From Candidatus Eremiobacteria bacterium (GTDB lineage: Bacteria > Vulcanimicrobiota > Vulcanimicrobiia > Vulcanimicrobiales > Vulcanimicrobiaceae): DNA of 64,000 nucleotides. The stretch spans positions 96,001-160,000 of the forward strand of contig CAVWUU010000002.1 in assembly GCA_963758295.1 (NCBI GenBank). Direction: 5' to 3'. The position numbers and the translations under genes are program-made. Below the pieces are notes generated by a model. The model was not told the origin of the DNA. It did not search any database and was given only the letters and a program-made list of their open reading frames with translations. Below are positions 10,049 through 21,000 of this stretch, one piece after another (the first letter of the stretch is position 1; each line of letters starts with the position of its first letter).

Positions 10049-11024
10049 TTATGCGGACACGGTCATGAAACGGCGCCTGTACTCGGCCGGCCCAATTCCG
10101 TACCGGCGTTCGAAGGCGCGCCGAAATGTATCGCCGCTGCTGTAGCCGACCCGTCTCGGCGAGTTCCGCTATCGCATCATCGCCGTTTACGAGGAGCCAA
10201 CGCGCCTCGTCTAGCCGCATTTCCTCTACGAAGTCCGCCGGCGTCAACCCAAACGTTGCCTTGAACTTGCGAGCAAGGTGGCGGGGGCTGAGACTGACGT
10301 GTTCGGCAATGGTTTCAAGCGTGAGGTCCTTTTGAAGGTTTCCGCGCATCCACTCAGCGAGGTCGCCAAACCGGGTCTTCGTCTTGGTTTGCGCAAGAAG
10401 CGGCTGCGAATATTGCCGTTGGCCGCCGGAGCGCTTGAGATAAACGATGATCTCCCGAGCCACGTTCATCGCGACGCCGGTGCCTAAATCTTCCTCAACC
10501 AATGCTAGCGCTAAATCAATTCCAGCCGTTACACCGGCAGATGTATAAAACTTGCCGTCTTTGATGTAGATAGCGTCGGCATTCACGCGCAGCTTCGGCC
10601 AGCACTGTTGCACGTCGAGCGCAAACCGCCAATGCGTTGTGACGTCGCGTCCGTCAAGTAGGCCCGTCTCCGCCAGTCCGTAGATCCCGGTGCACACCGA
10701 CGCGATACGTCGTGCCGATTTCGTCTGTCGAAGCAAAAATTGGGAGATTGCGGTACGCGTCTTCGGATTCAAGCGCAGCTCGCGTCCGCCCGGGACAATA
10801 ATCGTATCGAATAACGCGCCGTCCGAAAGTGCCACGTCGGCATAAAACGACACACCCGACTCCGCGGTCGCGCGGCCACGTCGAACTCCGAGCACCGTCA
10901 CTTCATAGGGCTTAGATTCGCGCCCCACCAAATCGTTTGCGCTGGAAAATACGTCAGCAGGCCCTGCCACGTCGAGTGTTTCAACGCCTTCGTAGACGAC
11001 AATGCCAATCCGTCGAGTCTTCAT
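10049..11024 (-). pseudogene. GlxA-family regulator (DJ-1/PfpI + AraC HTH) with a 1-nt frameshift near 10151; real or sequencing error
   Basis: SVCTG and TSAGVTAGIDL motifs. After AELAET the AraC signature VGYSSGDTFRRAFERRYGIGPAEYRRRF*(10049) continues in a shifted frame. Confidence 0.85.
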
Positions 11025-11116
11025 ACCACAAATCTACGCGAGCAGCGTGAAGACTGCAATGGTGTCAAACCGACGTTTCAGGACATCAGCCGCAATGAAG
11101 CGCGCAGGCCGGCTTA

Positions 11117-11524
11117 TTACGCGCTAACAGTAATTCGTTTCCGGCTAAGTGTCGGAGCCGTGTTGCTAACCATTTCTAACACGGCCAGCTCGGGGAAGGC
11201 CAGGCGGTAAAGATGGGCCTTTTCCGAAGGTGAGAGCATCAGCGCATCCGCTAAGCCACTCAGTAATCGCAAAGACGTCCGACTCCCAGTGCCCGATTCC
11301 AGCATTTTGTACCAGCCGCGGCTAACGCCGACCGCTTCAGCCAACTCCTCTTGCGTTACAAAACGCCCGATTCTACAGGGCAAACGGCGCTGCGATCCAA
11401 GCGCCGTGGCCTCCTTACTAATCCGCAAACGCCACATTCGCAGAGATGCCCCTAGTTGCGCATCCAAAATCATAATTGGCGACCTCAAAAATCGTAACCA
11501 AACGACCCGCTGGTAGTATGCCAT
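11117..11524 (-). CDS. XRE-family (MmyB-like N-terminal HTH) regulator
   Basis: TQEELAEAVGVSRGWYKMLESG...LADALML...E.AHLYRLA. No C-terminal ligand domain. True start may be nearer 11473. Confidence 0.8.
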   Translation of the reverse strand: MAYYQRVVWLRFLRSPIMILDAQLGASLRMWRLRISKEATALGSQRRLPCRIGRFVTQEELAEAVGVSRGWYKMLESGTGSRTSLRLLSGLADALMLSPSEKAHLYRLAFPELAVLEMVSNTAPTLSRKRITVSA

Positions 11525-11899
11525 TAAGCTTCATAACGTCGTCGAAGGCCGAGTGTCTTACATCGATGGCAATGCACGCTGAGCGTGATCATAAGTGTAG
11601 CAACGAGACATCAATCTTTCCACGATTTTTCGGTTGGCGATGAACTATCGAATATACTGAAAGTATGCAGAGTCGCGTTTCGTACGCTCGTGGCGCAATC
11701 TCCAGAGCCCGGCGGAAACCCGAAGACTTAGGCCTGCAGCCGGCTCACGGCCGCCTATCGTTAACAAACGCTAATGCAACGACCGAGGGTCTATAAAAGT
11801 GATCGACAAAAAGGCTGACGACGCCACGCTGCAACGGCAGCACGTCCGTTGCCTATTTTGCGACGGCTCATCCGAGATTCGTCAAGCCGGGAATGGTCG

Positions 11900-12157
11900 G
11901 TGAGTTTTATTCCGCTGCCGTACTCGGTAGCGCTTTTCATCTTTGGCTTGTTGATTGCCGTAGTTACAACCCAACGGTACAAGCACGTTCAAACCGGGTC
12001 AAAGGACGTTCATTTCAAAGGCGGCGTCAAACGGGGAATACCGGGCCCGCCGCTTTCGGTAAAAAACCTAGCGTTGTGGTTTGGCTACTTCATCGCATTC
12101 ATTGGCGGCATTAACACGCTGTTTGATTTTTACCGGAACGTAACCGGCAAAAAGTAA
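11900..12157 (+). CDS. Small 2-TM membrane protein
   Basis: Two hydrophobic helices. GTG start at 11900 assumed; the ORF track starts at 11849. Confidence 0.5.
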   Translation: MSFIPLPYSVALFIFGLLIAVVTTQRYKHVQTGSKDVHFKGGVKRGIPGPPLSVKNLALWFGYFIAFIGGINTLFDFYRNVTGKK

Positions 12158-12200
12158 AACACACCCGGCCAAATCAATGGGTGCCGAAAGTTGAACCCAT

Positions 12201-12485
12201 TCAGGTCGCTTTAAGAGGCGTGACGTCTGCGGGGCTGCCCCGCATCTGCGCGGTTAACTCGCCGAGCTCTCGAATGTAGAACGCGATCGCATCCGCGGGG
12301 AGGTCGACGCTGGAAAATCGTTGGTCCGCCAGCAAAAGACGCGAGAACTCTTCGATGCATTCTTCGGGCGTCAATCCGCGCCCCATGCACGCTGCTAACT
12401 CGCTCGCTCGCTGTTTGAGAGCCTCCCATAACTCGTAAGGTAATTGTTGCCGCGCCACATTGGATGTCTGCCCACCACGGTTCAT
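12201..12485 (-). CDS. Hypothetical helical protein (94 aa)
   Basis: ATG-started ORF with protein-like composition in an otherwise empty interval; family not recognised. Confidence 0.5.
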   Translation of the reverse strand: MNRGGQTSNVARQQLPYELWEALKQRASELAACMGRGLTPEECIEEFSRLLLADQRFSSVDLPADAIAFYIRELGELTAQMRGSPADVTPLKAT

Positions 12486-12580
12486 AACAAACGCCCGTAA
12501 AAGGCGGTTAAAGGGCCGAGCCCGCTTCTAAGGCAAAAAAGCAGGCGACGTTATTCGTGTCTTTCGCATGAGGATTCTGC

Positions 12581-13720
12581 ATGGACTTGGGCGATACGAT
12601 CGCCGAAACTCAGCACGTTTTCGCAGACGCGCTACCGGTACTCGTAATGATGTCTGATCCGAGCGGCGTCGTGAACTTCTTCAATACCGCGTGGTTCCAG
12701 TACACCGGCCAGCCGAGATTCGATCGCGACGTGACTGAGGAATGGCGCAAATACATTCACCCGGACGACGTTCCGATCGTGGGAGCCGCTTGGTATGCTG
12801 CCATGGAGAGCGGCAAAGACGTCGCGGTCGAGTACCGCGTCTACCACGCAGCATCGGGCGAATGGCGTTGGTTCTCGGCACACGCGCATGCCCTGCGCGA
12901 CGCAGCCGGAAAAATCGTTCAGTGGATCGGCACGGCGATGGAGATCCACGAAGTCCGGCAAGCCAATGCGGCGCTGGAAGCGCTTTATCGCCACGAGCGC
13001 CAAGTAGCGACGTCGTTTCAGGAGGCCGCGCTGCCCGAGGGCCTCCCGACGCTCCCGGGCATGAGCTTGGACGCGGTCTACCAGCCTAGTTCCAACCTGT
13101 TGGTGGGCGGCGACTGGTACGATGCGTTTGCGCTCTCGAACGGTGCGGTTGCCATAGCTGTCGGCGACGTAACAGGGCACGGGCTCGAAGCAGCCGTGCT
13201 GATGAGTAAACTTCGACAATCGTTTAGGGCCGTTACGATTCGCGCCGCGCAGTTCGAAAATCGAGACCCCGGCTCCATCGTCGCCTCGGTTGAGCAGACG
13301 ATGTTGATGGAAAACACTGACTTCACGGCAAGCGTCTTTTTCGGCATCGTCGATTCCGAGCTGCACGTTCTGGAATATTCCAGCGCAGGACATCCGCCGG
13401 CAGTTCTGCTTCGTCTCGACGGAACGGTCGAACTCCTTAGTAATGGCGATATGCTGTTGGGATTTCCCGAAGCAGCTCCCAGAACGTCGGCGAAAGTTTC
13501 GCTAGCAAACGCGCAAGCATTAGTGTGTTATACCGACGGTCTAACCGAGGCTTCGCGCGACGTTTTTGAAGGTGAAGCGAGATTACACGATGCCGTTAAA
13601 ACGTGGCACGTGACGTCTCAGGCAAAGCCGGCGTCGCACGTTTTGGAAGAAGTCGTAAAAACGCCGGCTGCGGACGACATCGCGATATTGACCGTGACGT
13701 TTGCGTCACGTGCACGCTAG
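12581..13720 (+). CDS. PAS + SpoIIE/PP2C phosphatase
   Basis: PAS/PAC (IHPDD, EYR..WRW); VGGDWYD, GDVTGHG, AGHPP, YTDGL, DDIAIL. GAGGA RBS. Confidence 0.92.
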   Translation: MDLGDTIAETQHVFADALPVLVMMSDPSGVVNFFNTAWFQYTGQPRFDRDVTEEWRKYIHPDDVPIVGAAWYAAMESGKDVAVEYRVYHAASGEWRWFSAHAHALRDAAGKIVQWIGTAMEIHEVRQANAALEALYRHERQVATSFQEAALPEGLPTLPGMSLDAVYQPSSNLLVGGDWYDAFALSNGAVAIAVGDVTGHGLEAAVLMSKLRQSFRAVTIRAAQFENRDPGSIVASVEQTMLMENTDFTASVFFGIVDSELHVLEYSSAGHPPAVLLRLDGTVELLSNGDMLLGFPEAAPRTSAKVSLANAQALVCYTDGLTEASRDVFEGEARLHDAVKTWHVTSQAKPASHVLEEVVKTPAADDIAILTVTFASRAR

Positions 13721-13956
13721 AAAATCTTCATCATAGAAGCAAGCTCGCCGGCAAATTGGAGTGATTTAGCTAGGCCACTCCATGGGCGGTATGCCGCCAA
13801 CTCCCGTGATGACACCTAAAGCGGCCGCCATCACCCCCTCTATTGCGAAATGTAACGCTTTCTGGGTCCCGCTGACGGCAAAAGGCAGAGGCGATCGATT
13901 TCGGAAGCTGGATTGCAGGCGGCTGCCACAATGGAACGGCGGGGTAAGGCTGCCGA

Positions 13957-15288
13957 CTACGCCGTAACGTCGCGCGAGATGGCATCCCGGTACCAGTAGC
14001 CGCTATCCTTGATGGTCCGCTTTTGCGTTGCATAATCGACGTGAATCAAGCCAAAACGCGGGCGGTATCCCTCGGCCCATTCAAAATTGTCCATCAAAGA
14101 CCAAACAAAGTATCCTTTTAGCGGGATGCCGGCCTCGAGTGCGCGACGCAACTGTTCGAAATGCATCTGAAGGTACGCAATACGCTTCGTATCGCGAATG
14201 CGACCGTCGCTATCAATGGTATCCGCATATGCCGCGCCGTTTTCCGTAACGAAAATAGCCGGCGGCCGATACGTGTCGTAAACACGTTTCAAAACGTCGA
14301 ATAAGCCCTCGGGATAAAGCGTCCATCCCATCTGCGTGCGTTCCCCGCCGGGCCGGTCTACGTCGGCAAGCGGATCGAGGCTGATGCTTCCGGCCTTCAA
14401 ACGAAACTTCGTGTAGTAGTTGACCCCAATGAAATCAATCGGCTGCGCGATCGTTTTCATATCACCATCCAGTATGCGAATCTGTTCCGGCGACATTCCG
14501 GGCAAGAACAACGCGGGATAACGGCCGCGATAAATAGGGTCCAAAAACCACGAATTAACGTTTGCGTCAGCCGCATCCGCCAGATGCTGCTCCGCTTCGC
14601 TCGCCGGCTCGATGGGGCTCAGGTTTACAGTGATGCCGACAGTGGCATCTTCAACGTTTCGACGAACAGCCGAAACGGCCAGGCCATGGGCGACGAGCAA
14701 GTGATGCGACACTTGCAGCGCCAGGCGCGGGTCGCGAAATCCAGGAGCGTGTTTCCCTTCGCCGTAACCAAGCCACGCGATAACCCACGGCTCGTTCAAT
14801 GTAGTCCAAGCTTTTACGCGGTCGCCGAGCGCACTCGATACAGTATCGGCATACTCGACAAACGGCTCAATGATGTCGCGGCCTATCCACCCGCCGAAAC
14901 GATCTTGTAGTACTTGGGGCAAATCCCAATGATAGATCGTTGCGTATGCGTCGATATTCTTCTGAGCCAACTTCTCTAGCAGGCGCTTGTAAAAATCGAG
15001 GCCTCGGTGATTGACTTTTCCCACGCCGTCCGGCAATATGCGCGACCAGGAAAGCGAGAAACGATAGGCGTTCACGCCGAGTTCTGCCATGAGCTCGACG
15101 TCTTCATCCATTCGGTGGTAATGATCGTCGGCAATGTCGCCCGTTTCACCATTCGCGATCGCGCCCGGTATGCCAACAAACGTATCCCAGATGCTGCGCG
15201 AACGCCCATCCTCATTAACGGCGCCTTCAATTTGATATGAAGCGGTCGCGGTTCCCCAGGCAAAGTGCGCCGGCCATGGTTTCGTCAT
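13957..15288 (-). CDS. GH1 beta-glucosidase
   Basis: FAWGTATASYQIEGA, TLNEP acid/base, VTENG nucleophile, WSLMDNFEW. Confidence 0.95.
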   Translation of the reverse strand: MTKPWPAHFAWGTATASYQIEGAVNEDGRSRSIWDTFVGIPGAIANGETGDIADDHYHRMDEDVELMAELGVNAYRFSLSWSRILPDGVGKVNHRGLDFYKRLLEKLAQKNIDAYATIYHWDLPQVLQDRFGGWIGRDIIEPFVEYADTVSSALGDRVKAWTTLNEPWVIAWLGYGEGKHAPGFRDPRLALQVSHHLLVAHGLAVSAVRRNVEDATVGITVNLSPIEPASEAEQHLADAADANVNSWFLDPIYRGRYPALFLPGMSPEQIRILDGDMKTIAQPIDFIGVNYYTKFRLKAGSISLDPLADVDRPGGERTQMGWTLYPEGLFDVLKRVYDTYRPPAIFVTENGAAYADTIDSDGRIRDTKRIAYLQMHFEQLRRALEAGIPLKGYFVWSLMDNFEWAEGYRPRFGLIHVDYATQKRTIKDSGYWYRDAISRDVTA

Positions 15289-16010
15289 GCTAGCGCCAGC
15301 CGCGAACGAAGCTTCAGCGCGTCCTCAGCTGCCGCTCCGGATGCGGTATTGTCAAAGATACACCACACCTCGTTTGGCGCCGTTGAAATCATGGTGGCGA
15401 CATCGTTGAGACGGTCGTCGGAATACGACGAATAGTAAACACGCGGAGCACCGTGTAAGCGAAAATACCTGATCCCGGTCCAACCGCCCGGCGCCTCTGC
15501 GCCGGGAGCGCGCGCAGGGTCCGCGCCGACCCGCGCAACGCGCCACGCCTCCAGCAACGCGTCGACCTGCGGCGTAAACCACGACGCGTGCCGGGGCTCG
15601 CACACGATGGGCCGCGCGCCGCCGTCGCTGCAGAACTCGAAGAATCTATTCATCCGTCCTTCTTCGAACTCAAAACTCGGCGGCAACTGTAATAGCAGCA
15701 CGCGACGCTTCTCACCGAGGCCCGCGCTCTCGTCGAGAAACTGCTTCAGCTCATCGCCGCAGTCGACGCACCGCTTTTGATGCGAAACTACTTTCGGAAT
15801 CTTCACGGAAAACGCAAAGTCCGCTGGGACGGCTGACGACCACCGCTCGTAGGTAGAACGACGGTGAGCTCGATAGAACGACGAGTTGATCTCGGCCGCA
15901 CTCATGACGCGTGCGTAACGTTCCAAGTGCGGGCCGTCCCCCGGAAAGTACCCGGCGAGGGACACGGGGATCGACCATCCCGCCGTACCGATGAAAGCAG
16001 CGGTGGTCAC
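15285..16010 (-). CDS. DUF72 (YecE/UPF0759) family protein
   Basis: FIGTAGWS, EINSSFYR, LLQLPPS, EPRHASW, YFRLHG, IFDN. GTG start at 16010 overlaps the upstream stop. Confidence 0.9.
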   Translation of the reverse strand: MTTAAFIGTAGWSIPVSLAGYFPGDGPHLERYARVMSAAEINSSFYRAHRRSTYERWSSAVPADFAFSVKIPKVVSHQKRCVDCGDELKQFLDESAGLGEKRRVLLLQLPPSFEFEEGRMNRFFEFCSDGGARPIVCEPRHASWFTPQVDALLEAWRVARVGADPARAPGAEAPGGWTGIRYFRLHGAPRVYYSSYSDDRLNDVATMISTAPNEVWCIFDNTASGAAAEDALKLRSRLALA

Positions 16011-16180
16011 GCCTTCTCTCGACCAGATTGCGCGACGATGTAACAGCCGGCACCGAATGCGCCCATGATGAATCCGCAGAGCAGATCCAGCGACTGCCCG
16101 ATGACCAGTCCCGTAACTACGAGAATGAACCCTAGCGTCATGAAAAGCAGACCGAGGATGATGCGAAGGTCGATGTCCAT
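16007..16180 (-). CDS. Small 2-TM membrane protein coupled to the SSS transporter
   Basis: MDIDLRIILGLLF...; ATG overlaps the SSS stop (TGATG); 57 aa, hydrophobic. Confidence 0.7.
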   Translation of the reverse strand: MDIDLRIILGLLFMTLGFILVVTGLVIGQSLDLLCGFIMGAFGAGCYIVAQSGREKA

Positions 16181-17904
16181 CAGCGAAATACCACATTGAG
16201 GATTAGGCAACCGGCGAGCACGATGATGCCAAGCACGGCGGGCCGCATGAACCATTGTACCCCGCGATCGTCGGGCCGGGGCGTCAACGCGGAGACGAGC
16301 CCCTCCAGTTCGTGATCGGGACGCGGCTTAGTCACAAGACTTACCAGAATCGTGACGACGAAGCACGTGCACCATGCAAAGATCGCCGTGTAGAAGTTCT
16401 GCGCCATCTCGCTTGGATAGGTGTGCACCACAGCGATCCATCCGCCTTTGATTCCAACGTGATCGCCCACGGGCAGCGTCAACCCTTGATGCAGCGCCGC
16501 GGCGACCGTGCCGGCAATCAATCCGAAGAATGCGCCGTTGGCCGTGGCGCGCTTCCAAAACATCCCAAGTAAGAACGTCGCAAAGAGCGGCGCATTCACG
16601 AATGCGAAGACGAGCTGAAGGACGTCCATGATGTTGTTGAACTGGGCCGCGAGGTATGCCGCCGCGATTGAGGCGACAATGCCGAAGAGCGTCGCAAGGC
16701 GGCCGACGAAGACGTAATGTGCATCGCTCGCGCCTTTGCGAATGTATGACTCGTAGATGTCGTACGTCCACACGGTATTGAATGCCGTTACGTTTCCCGC
16801 CATCCCCGACATAAAACTCGCCAACAGCGCCGCCAGGCCGATGCCTAGTAACCCTGCGGGAAAGTAATGCTCCAGCATCACCGGGATAACAAGATTGAAA
16901 TCGTACACCGCATGTCCGCCGGCATCGTGCACGATCGTTCCGTCCACATTTGTCTGGAACGGAATCAATCCGGCGAGCGGACCGTGACCGCCGAACCCCT
17001 GCGGCGTTAGTGCGATGGCGATAATGCCCGGCAGAATCACGAGGAACGGAAAGAACATTTTCGGGATAGCGGCAAAAACCGGCGTAAGGCGCGCGTCGTT
17101 GATGGAGTCGGCAGCCATCGCGCGCTGAACGACCAGATAATCCGTACACCAATAACCGAACGAAAGCACGAATCCGAGTCCCATAATCAGGCCGAATGCA
17201 TCAACGCCAAGCAGATTGGTTGAGGGATTGTTCATCCCTTGCCATGCGTGTGTATACTCCGCAGGCAGCGTGTGCACGATGCCCTGCCAGCCGCCTACAT
17301 TATGGAGCCCGATCAGCACCAGGGGCAAGAATCCGGCTACGATTAAAAAGAATTGCAATACCTCGTTATAGATTGCGCTGCGCAGGCCGCCGGCGTAAAT
17401 GTAAAGCAGCACGATTACGGCCGAGATGCCGATCGAGAGCGGCAGGCTATCCACGACGTGCAGGGTCTGCAGAAGACGCGCCATCGCGTACATCGAGATT
17501 CCGGACGAGAAGACGGTCATCACCGCAAAGGTAATCGCGTTGAAACCACGAGTCTTTTCGTCGAAGCGCAACTTCAAATATTCCGGCACCGACCGCGCGC
17601 GCGACCCATAGTAATACGGCATCATGAAGATCCCGATAAAGAGCATCGCCGGGATTGCGCCGATCCAATAGAAGTGCGCGGTGGAGATGCCGTATTTCGC
17701 GCCGGAGGCCGCCATGCCGATCACTTCTTGCGCGCCAAGATTCGCCGAGATAAATGCCAGTGCAGTAATCCACGAAGGCAGCGAACGCCCGGCTAAAAAG
17801 AAGTCGGAGCCGGTGCGCGCCTTACGCGCGAGTATGAACCCGGTGCCGAGCACGAAAGCAAAGTAGACCGCTACGATCAGCCAATCGACAAATGCTAGAT
17901 GCAT
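16180..17904 (-). CDS. Sodium:solute symporter (SSS), probably sugar
   Basis: DFFLAGR, SANLGAQE, YWCTD..VQR, about 13 TM segments. Confidence 0.93.
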   Translation of the reverse strand: MHLAFVDWLIVAVYFAFVLGTGFILARKARTGSDFFLAGRSLPSWITALAFISANLGAQEVIGMAASGAKYGISTAHFYWIGAIPAMLFIGIFMMPYYYGSRARSVPEYLKLRFDEKTRGFNAITFAVMTVFSSGISMYAMARLLQTLHVVDSLPLSIGISAVIVLLYIYAGGLRSAIYNEVLQFFLIVAGFLPLVLIGLHNVGGWQGIVHTLPAEYTHAWQGMNNPSTNLLGVDAFGLIMGLGFVLSFGYWCTDYLVVQRAMAADSINDARLTPVFAAIPKMFFPFLVILPGIIAIALTPQGFGGHGPLAGLIPFQTNVDGTIVHDAGGHAVYDFNLVIPVMLEHYFPAGLLGIGLAALLASFMSGMAGNVTAFNTVWTYDIYESYIRKGASDAHYVFVGRLATLFGIVASIAAAYLAAQFNNIMDVLQLVFAFVNAPLFATFLLGMFWKRATANGAFFGLIAGTVAAALHQGLTLPVGDHVGIKGGWIAVVHTYPSEMAQNFYTAIFAWCTCFVVTILVSLVTKPRPDHELEGLVSALTPRPDDRGVQWFMRPAVLGIIVLAGCLILNVVFR

Positions 17905-17930
17905 TACGTTCCTTTCCCGGTTTCTTACGT

Positions 17931-18012
17931 CTCATCCTGACGAAATCGAAAGCCCGCCGAGATCTCCGGCGGGCTTCCTTTATGGCGATCTTTCGAGGTC
18001 GCTCAGGGCGAG
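17931..18012. repeat. Nested palindrome (REP-like) containing a GC-rich hairpin at about 17949-17976
   Basis: Outer arms CTCATCCTGA...TCAGGGCGAG, inner arms TCGAAAG/CTTTCGA, central AAGCCCGCCG-agatctc-CGGCGGGCTT. Confidence 0.6.
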
Positions 18013-18016
18013 GATA

Positions 18017-21000
18017 CTACATTCGTGCGGCTGCCTTGATTTGAGCGATCGCCGTGTCCGCCTGACCCTCCAGTTGCTTCGCCGCATCTTGTTCAGCGGC
18101 GGTCGGCGCCGAGTACGAGACATCGAGCGAGTTCATCAGCATCGCGAGGTGATCGCGCAGCTTGGAGGGCAGCATGATATCCGCCTCGCTCGACCGATAT
18201 CGCGGCTCATACACCAACGTGACCGCTTTTTCGACGGCAGCACGCTTCGACGGGGCGAGCGACGCCATCTTGTTTTGCGCCGCGTTGACCGTTGTGTCGA
18301 GTTCGTTGATCTTGTTCGAAAGCTCCATTGCGAGCGACAGACGCGAAGGCAGTTCATCTGCCGCCGGATTGAAGCGTGGATCGAGCTGGATCTTGAACGG
18401 CGCTTTGGTTACGGTGCCCCCGTAATTCAATACGACGGTATAGTCACCGGGAAGCGTGGTGGGGCCCAGCAGATCGTCTCGGAAGTCCTCGGTCGGCACG
18501 ATATGCTGACCGGCGATTTCCGCAGCCGGCGTATAGCGCATATCCCAGAGGAACTTGTTCATTCCGGGCTGCGCCGCCGTCTGTCGCGAGAGGTTGTAGT
18601 TGCCGGCGCTGATTGCGTCCATTGCGCCAAGCTGCCAGCCTTCGTACTTTTTCGCCTTTTTGTTCTTCAGATGCAGATTGAAGCTGCGAATCGTTTTGCC
18701 GCTTGTGTCTTCGAACGAAAGCGTAACGGGTGTGCGCCCATTGTAGTTTGAGGGAAGATTGAAGAACACGCTGACGCCATAATCGGGATTGTCACCGGAC
18801 GGACCAAAACCGCCCCCGCCGTATGCGTGCGTCAGCCACGCCGTTTCGGGCTGGAAGACTTGCGCAGACGAGATGGAGGGCGACGATTCGCGAGCGACGT
18901 CTTCGATCTGCTGCAGATGATCGAGCGCCCAGAACGACCGGCCATGGGTTGCAATCGCGACTTCACCTTCGCGAGCGTTGATCGCAATATCGCGCACTTC
19001 GACCGGCGGAAGGTTCAACGCGAGCGACTGCCACGATTGGCCGCTATTGAGGCTGACATAAACGCGGCTGCGCGTGCCGGCGAACATAACGCGCGGCTCA
19101 CGCGGATCGACGCGCACGGCGAAGACGGACTGGTCCGAGGGAATGCCGTTGGTCATTTGCGTCCAATTTGCGCCACAATCCGTCGTTTTGAAGATGTAAG
19201 GGCGCATATCGTCCCACATGTAGCGAGACACCGTGGTCCATGCAGTACACGCGTCGGTTAGCGATGGTTCAAAACTGCTGATTTGAGACCACTGAGAACC
19301 GAGCTGTTTCGGCGTGACGTTTTTCCAGTTCGTGCCGCCGTCTTGCGTTACGTGAACGAGACCGTCAGCCGAACCGGCCCAGATAATATCTTTGTTCACC
19401 GGCGAAAAGCCAAGTGAGGCGATGTCCGGAAACGTTTCAGCACCCGTTTGGTCCCAATAGACGTTGCCGCCGCTCGGGCCCTCGGTCGACTTGACGTTGC
19501 GCGTCAAATCGGGACTGATAACTTTCCACGTGCGTCCGTAGTCATCGCTGCGGAAGACTACTTGCGCCGCTTCGAAGAGCGTATGCGGTTCCGCCGGCGA
19601 GAACATGATCGGATGCGTCCAACCAAACCGGTACTTTGTTTCGGCTGCAGCATGACCCGGAAGGTAGATCGCCCATGGCGTGACGTTCTTTTCGTCACCG
19701 GTGGCGTTGTCGAGGCGTGCGAGCACGCTATAGTAGGCACCGCCGTACGTCACGTTCGGATTGTTCGGATCGACCGCCACGTAAGTGCTTTCGCCGAGCG
19801 CGACGCCTTGAACGACGTTGTCACCCAGTCCTTGATTCGATGCACTCGGCATCTCGAACGCGCCTGCGTCCTGCATCGCGCCGTACATATGATAGGGGAA
19901 TTGGTTATCGAGCACAATGTGATAGAACTGCGACAACGGCTGATTCTGCGTCGTGCTAAACGTCTTGCCGTAGTCGACGGAAACGTTTGCGCCACCGTCG
20001 TCACCGATGATCAGCACCTTCGGGTTATGAGGATTGATCCAGACGATGTGGTTGTCACCGAGCCCGGGGCCAAGCGGCTTCCACGTGCGGCCGCCGTCTG
20101 TCGTGCGGAAGACGCTGTCAACGTTCGGCGCATACGCGACCTTTGAATTGGTCGGGTCGACATAGATGGCCATATAGTAGAACGCGCGCTGGCGAAGTTT
20201 CCATTCGTCGTTAACGCGCGTCCACGTTGCGCCGGCGTTATCCGAACGAAAGACGCCACCGTCTTGTGCTTGAGCGATCGCATAAACGACACTGGAGTTG
20301 TTCGGAGCAACGGCGACGCCCATCTTGCCGAGCATGCCTTTTGCGAATCCCGGATTCGATGAGATCTTCTTCCAGGTCTTGCCGGCGTCGATCGTCTTGT
20401 AGATCGCGCTGCCCGGACCGCCGCTATCCAGCGTCCACGCGGTGCGTTGAGCTTGCCACATCGTCGCGTACAGCACGTTCGAGTTCTTTGCGTCCATGAC
20501 GATGTTGTTTGCGCCGGTCTTGTCGTCGACGAAGAGCACTTTCTTCCACGTCTTGCCGCCATCGATCGTCTTATAGACGCCACGATCGGCATTGGGCACG
20601 AAGACATGGCCCATGGAGGTTGCATAGACGACATCGGGATTGCGAGGATCGATGACGATCGAACTGGTTTGGCGTGTCTCGCTCAAACCGGCATACTTCC
20701 AGGACTTGCCGGCGTCGGTCGACTTATAGATGCCTTCGCCGTTGGCCCAGTCGCCGCGGATATCGCTCTCGCCGGTTCCAACGTAAATCGTTTTGGGATT
20801 CGACGGAGCCACGGCGATCGCACCGATACTGTGCGAAATCGTCCCCATTTTTCCGTCCGTTATATTTTCCCAAGAGGTTCCGTAGTTTTCACTCTTCCAG
20901 ACGCCGCCTTGCACGCCGCCCATGTAGAAGAGATTCGGTTGGTCGGGCACGCCCGCGACCGCCACCACGCGGCCACCGATGTACGGACCGACTTGACGCC

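Noticed and set aside
13721..13956. Intergenic region as a possible ncRNA or 21-aa peptide
   Set aside because: No recognisable RNA family consensus or strong stem; an Rfam scan would be needed.
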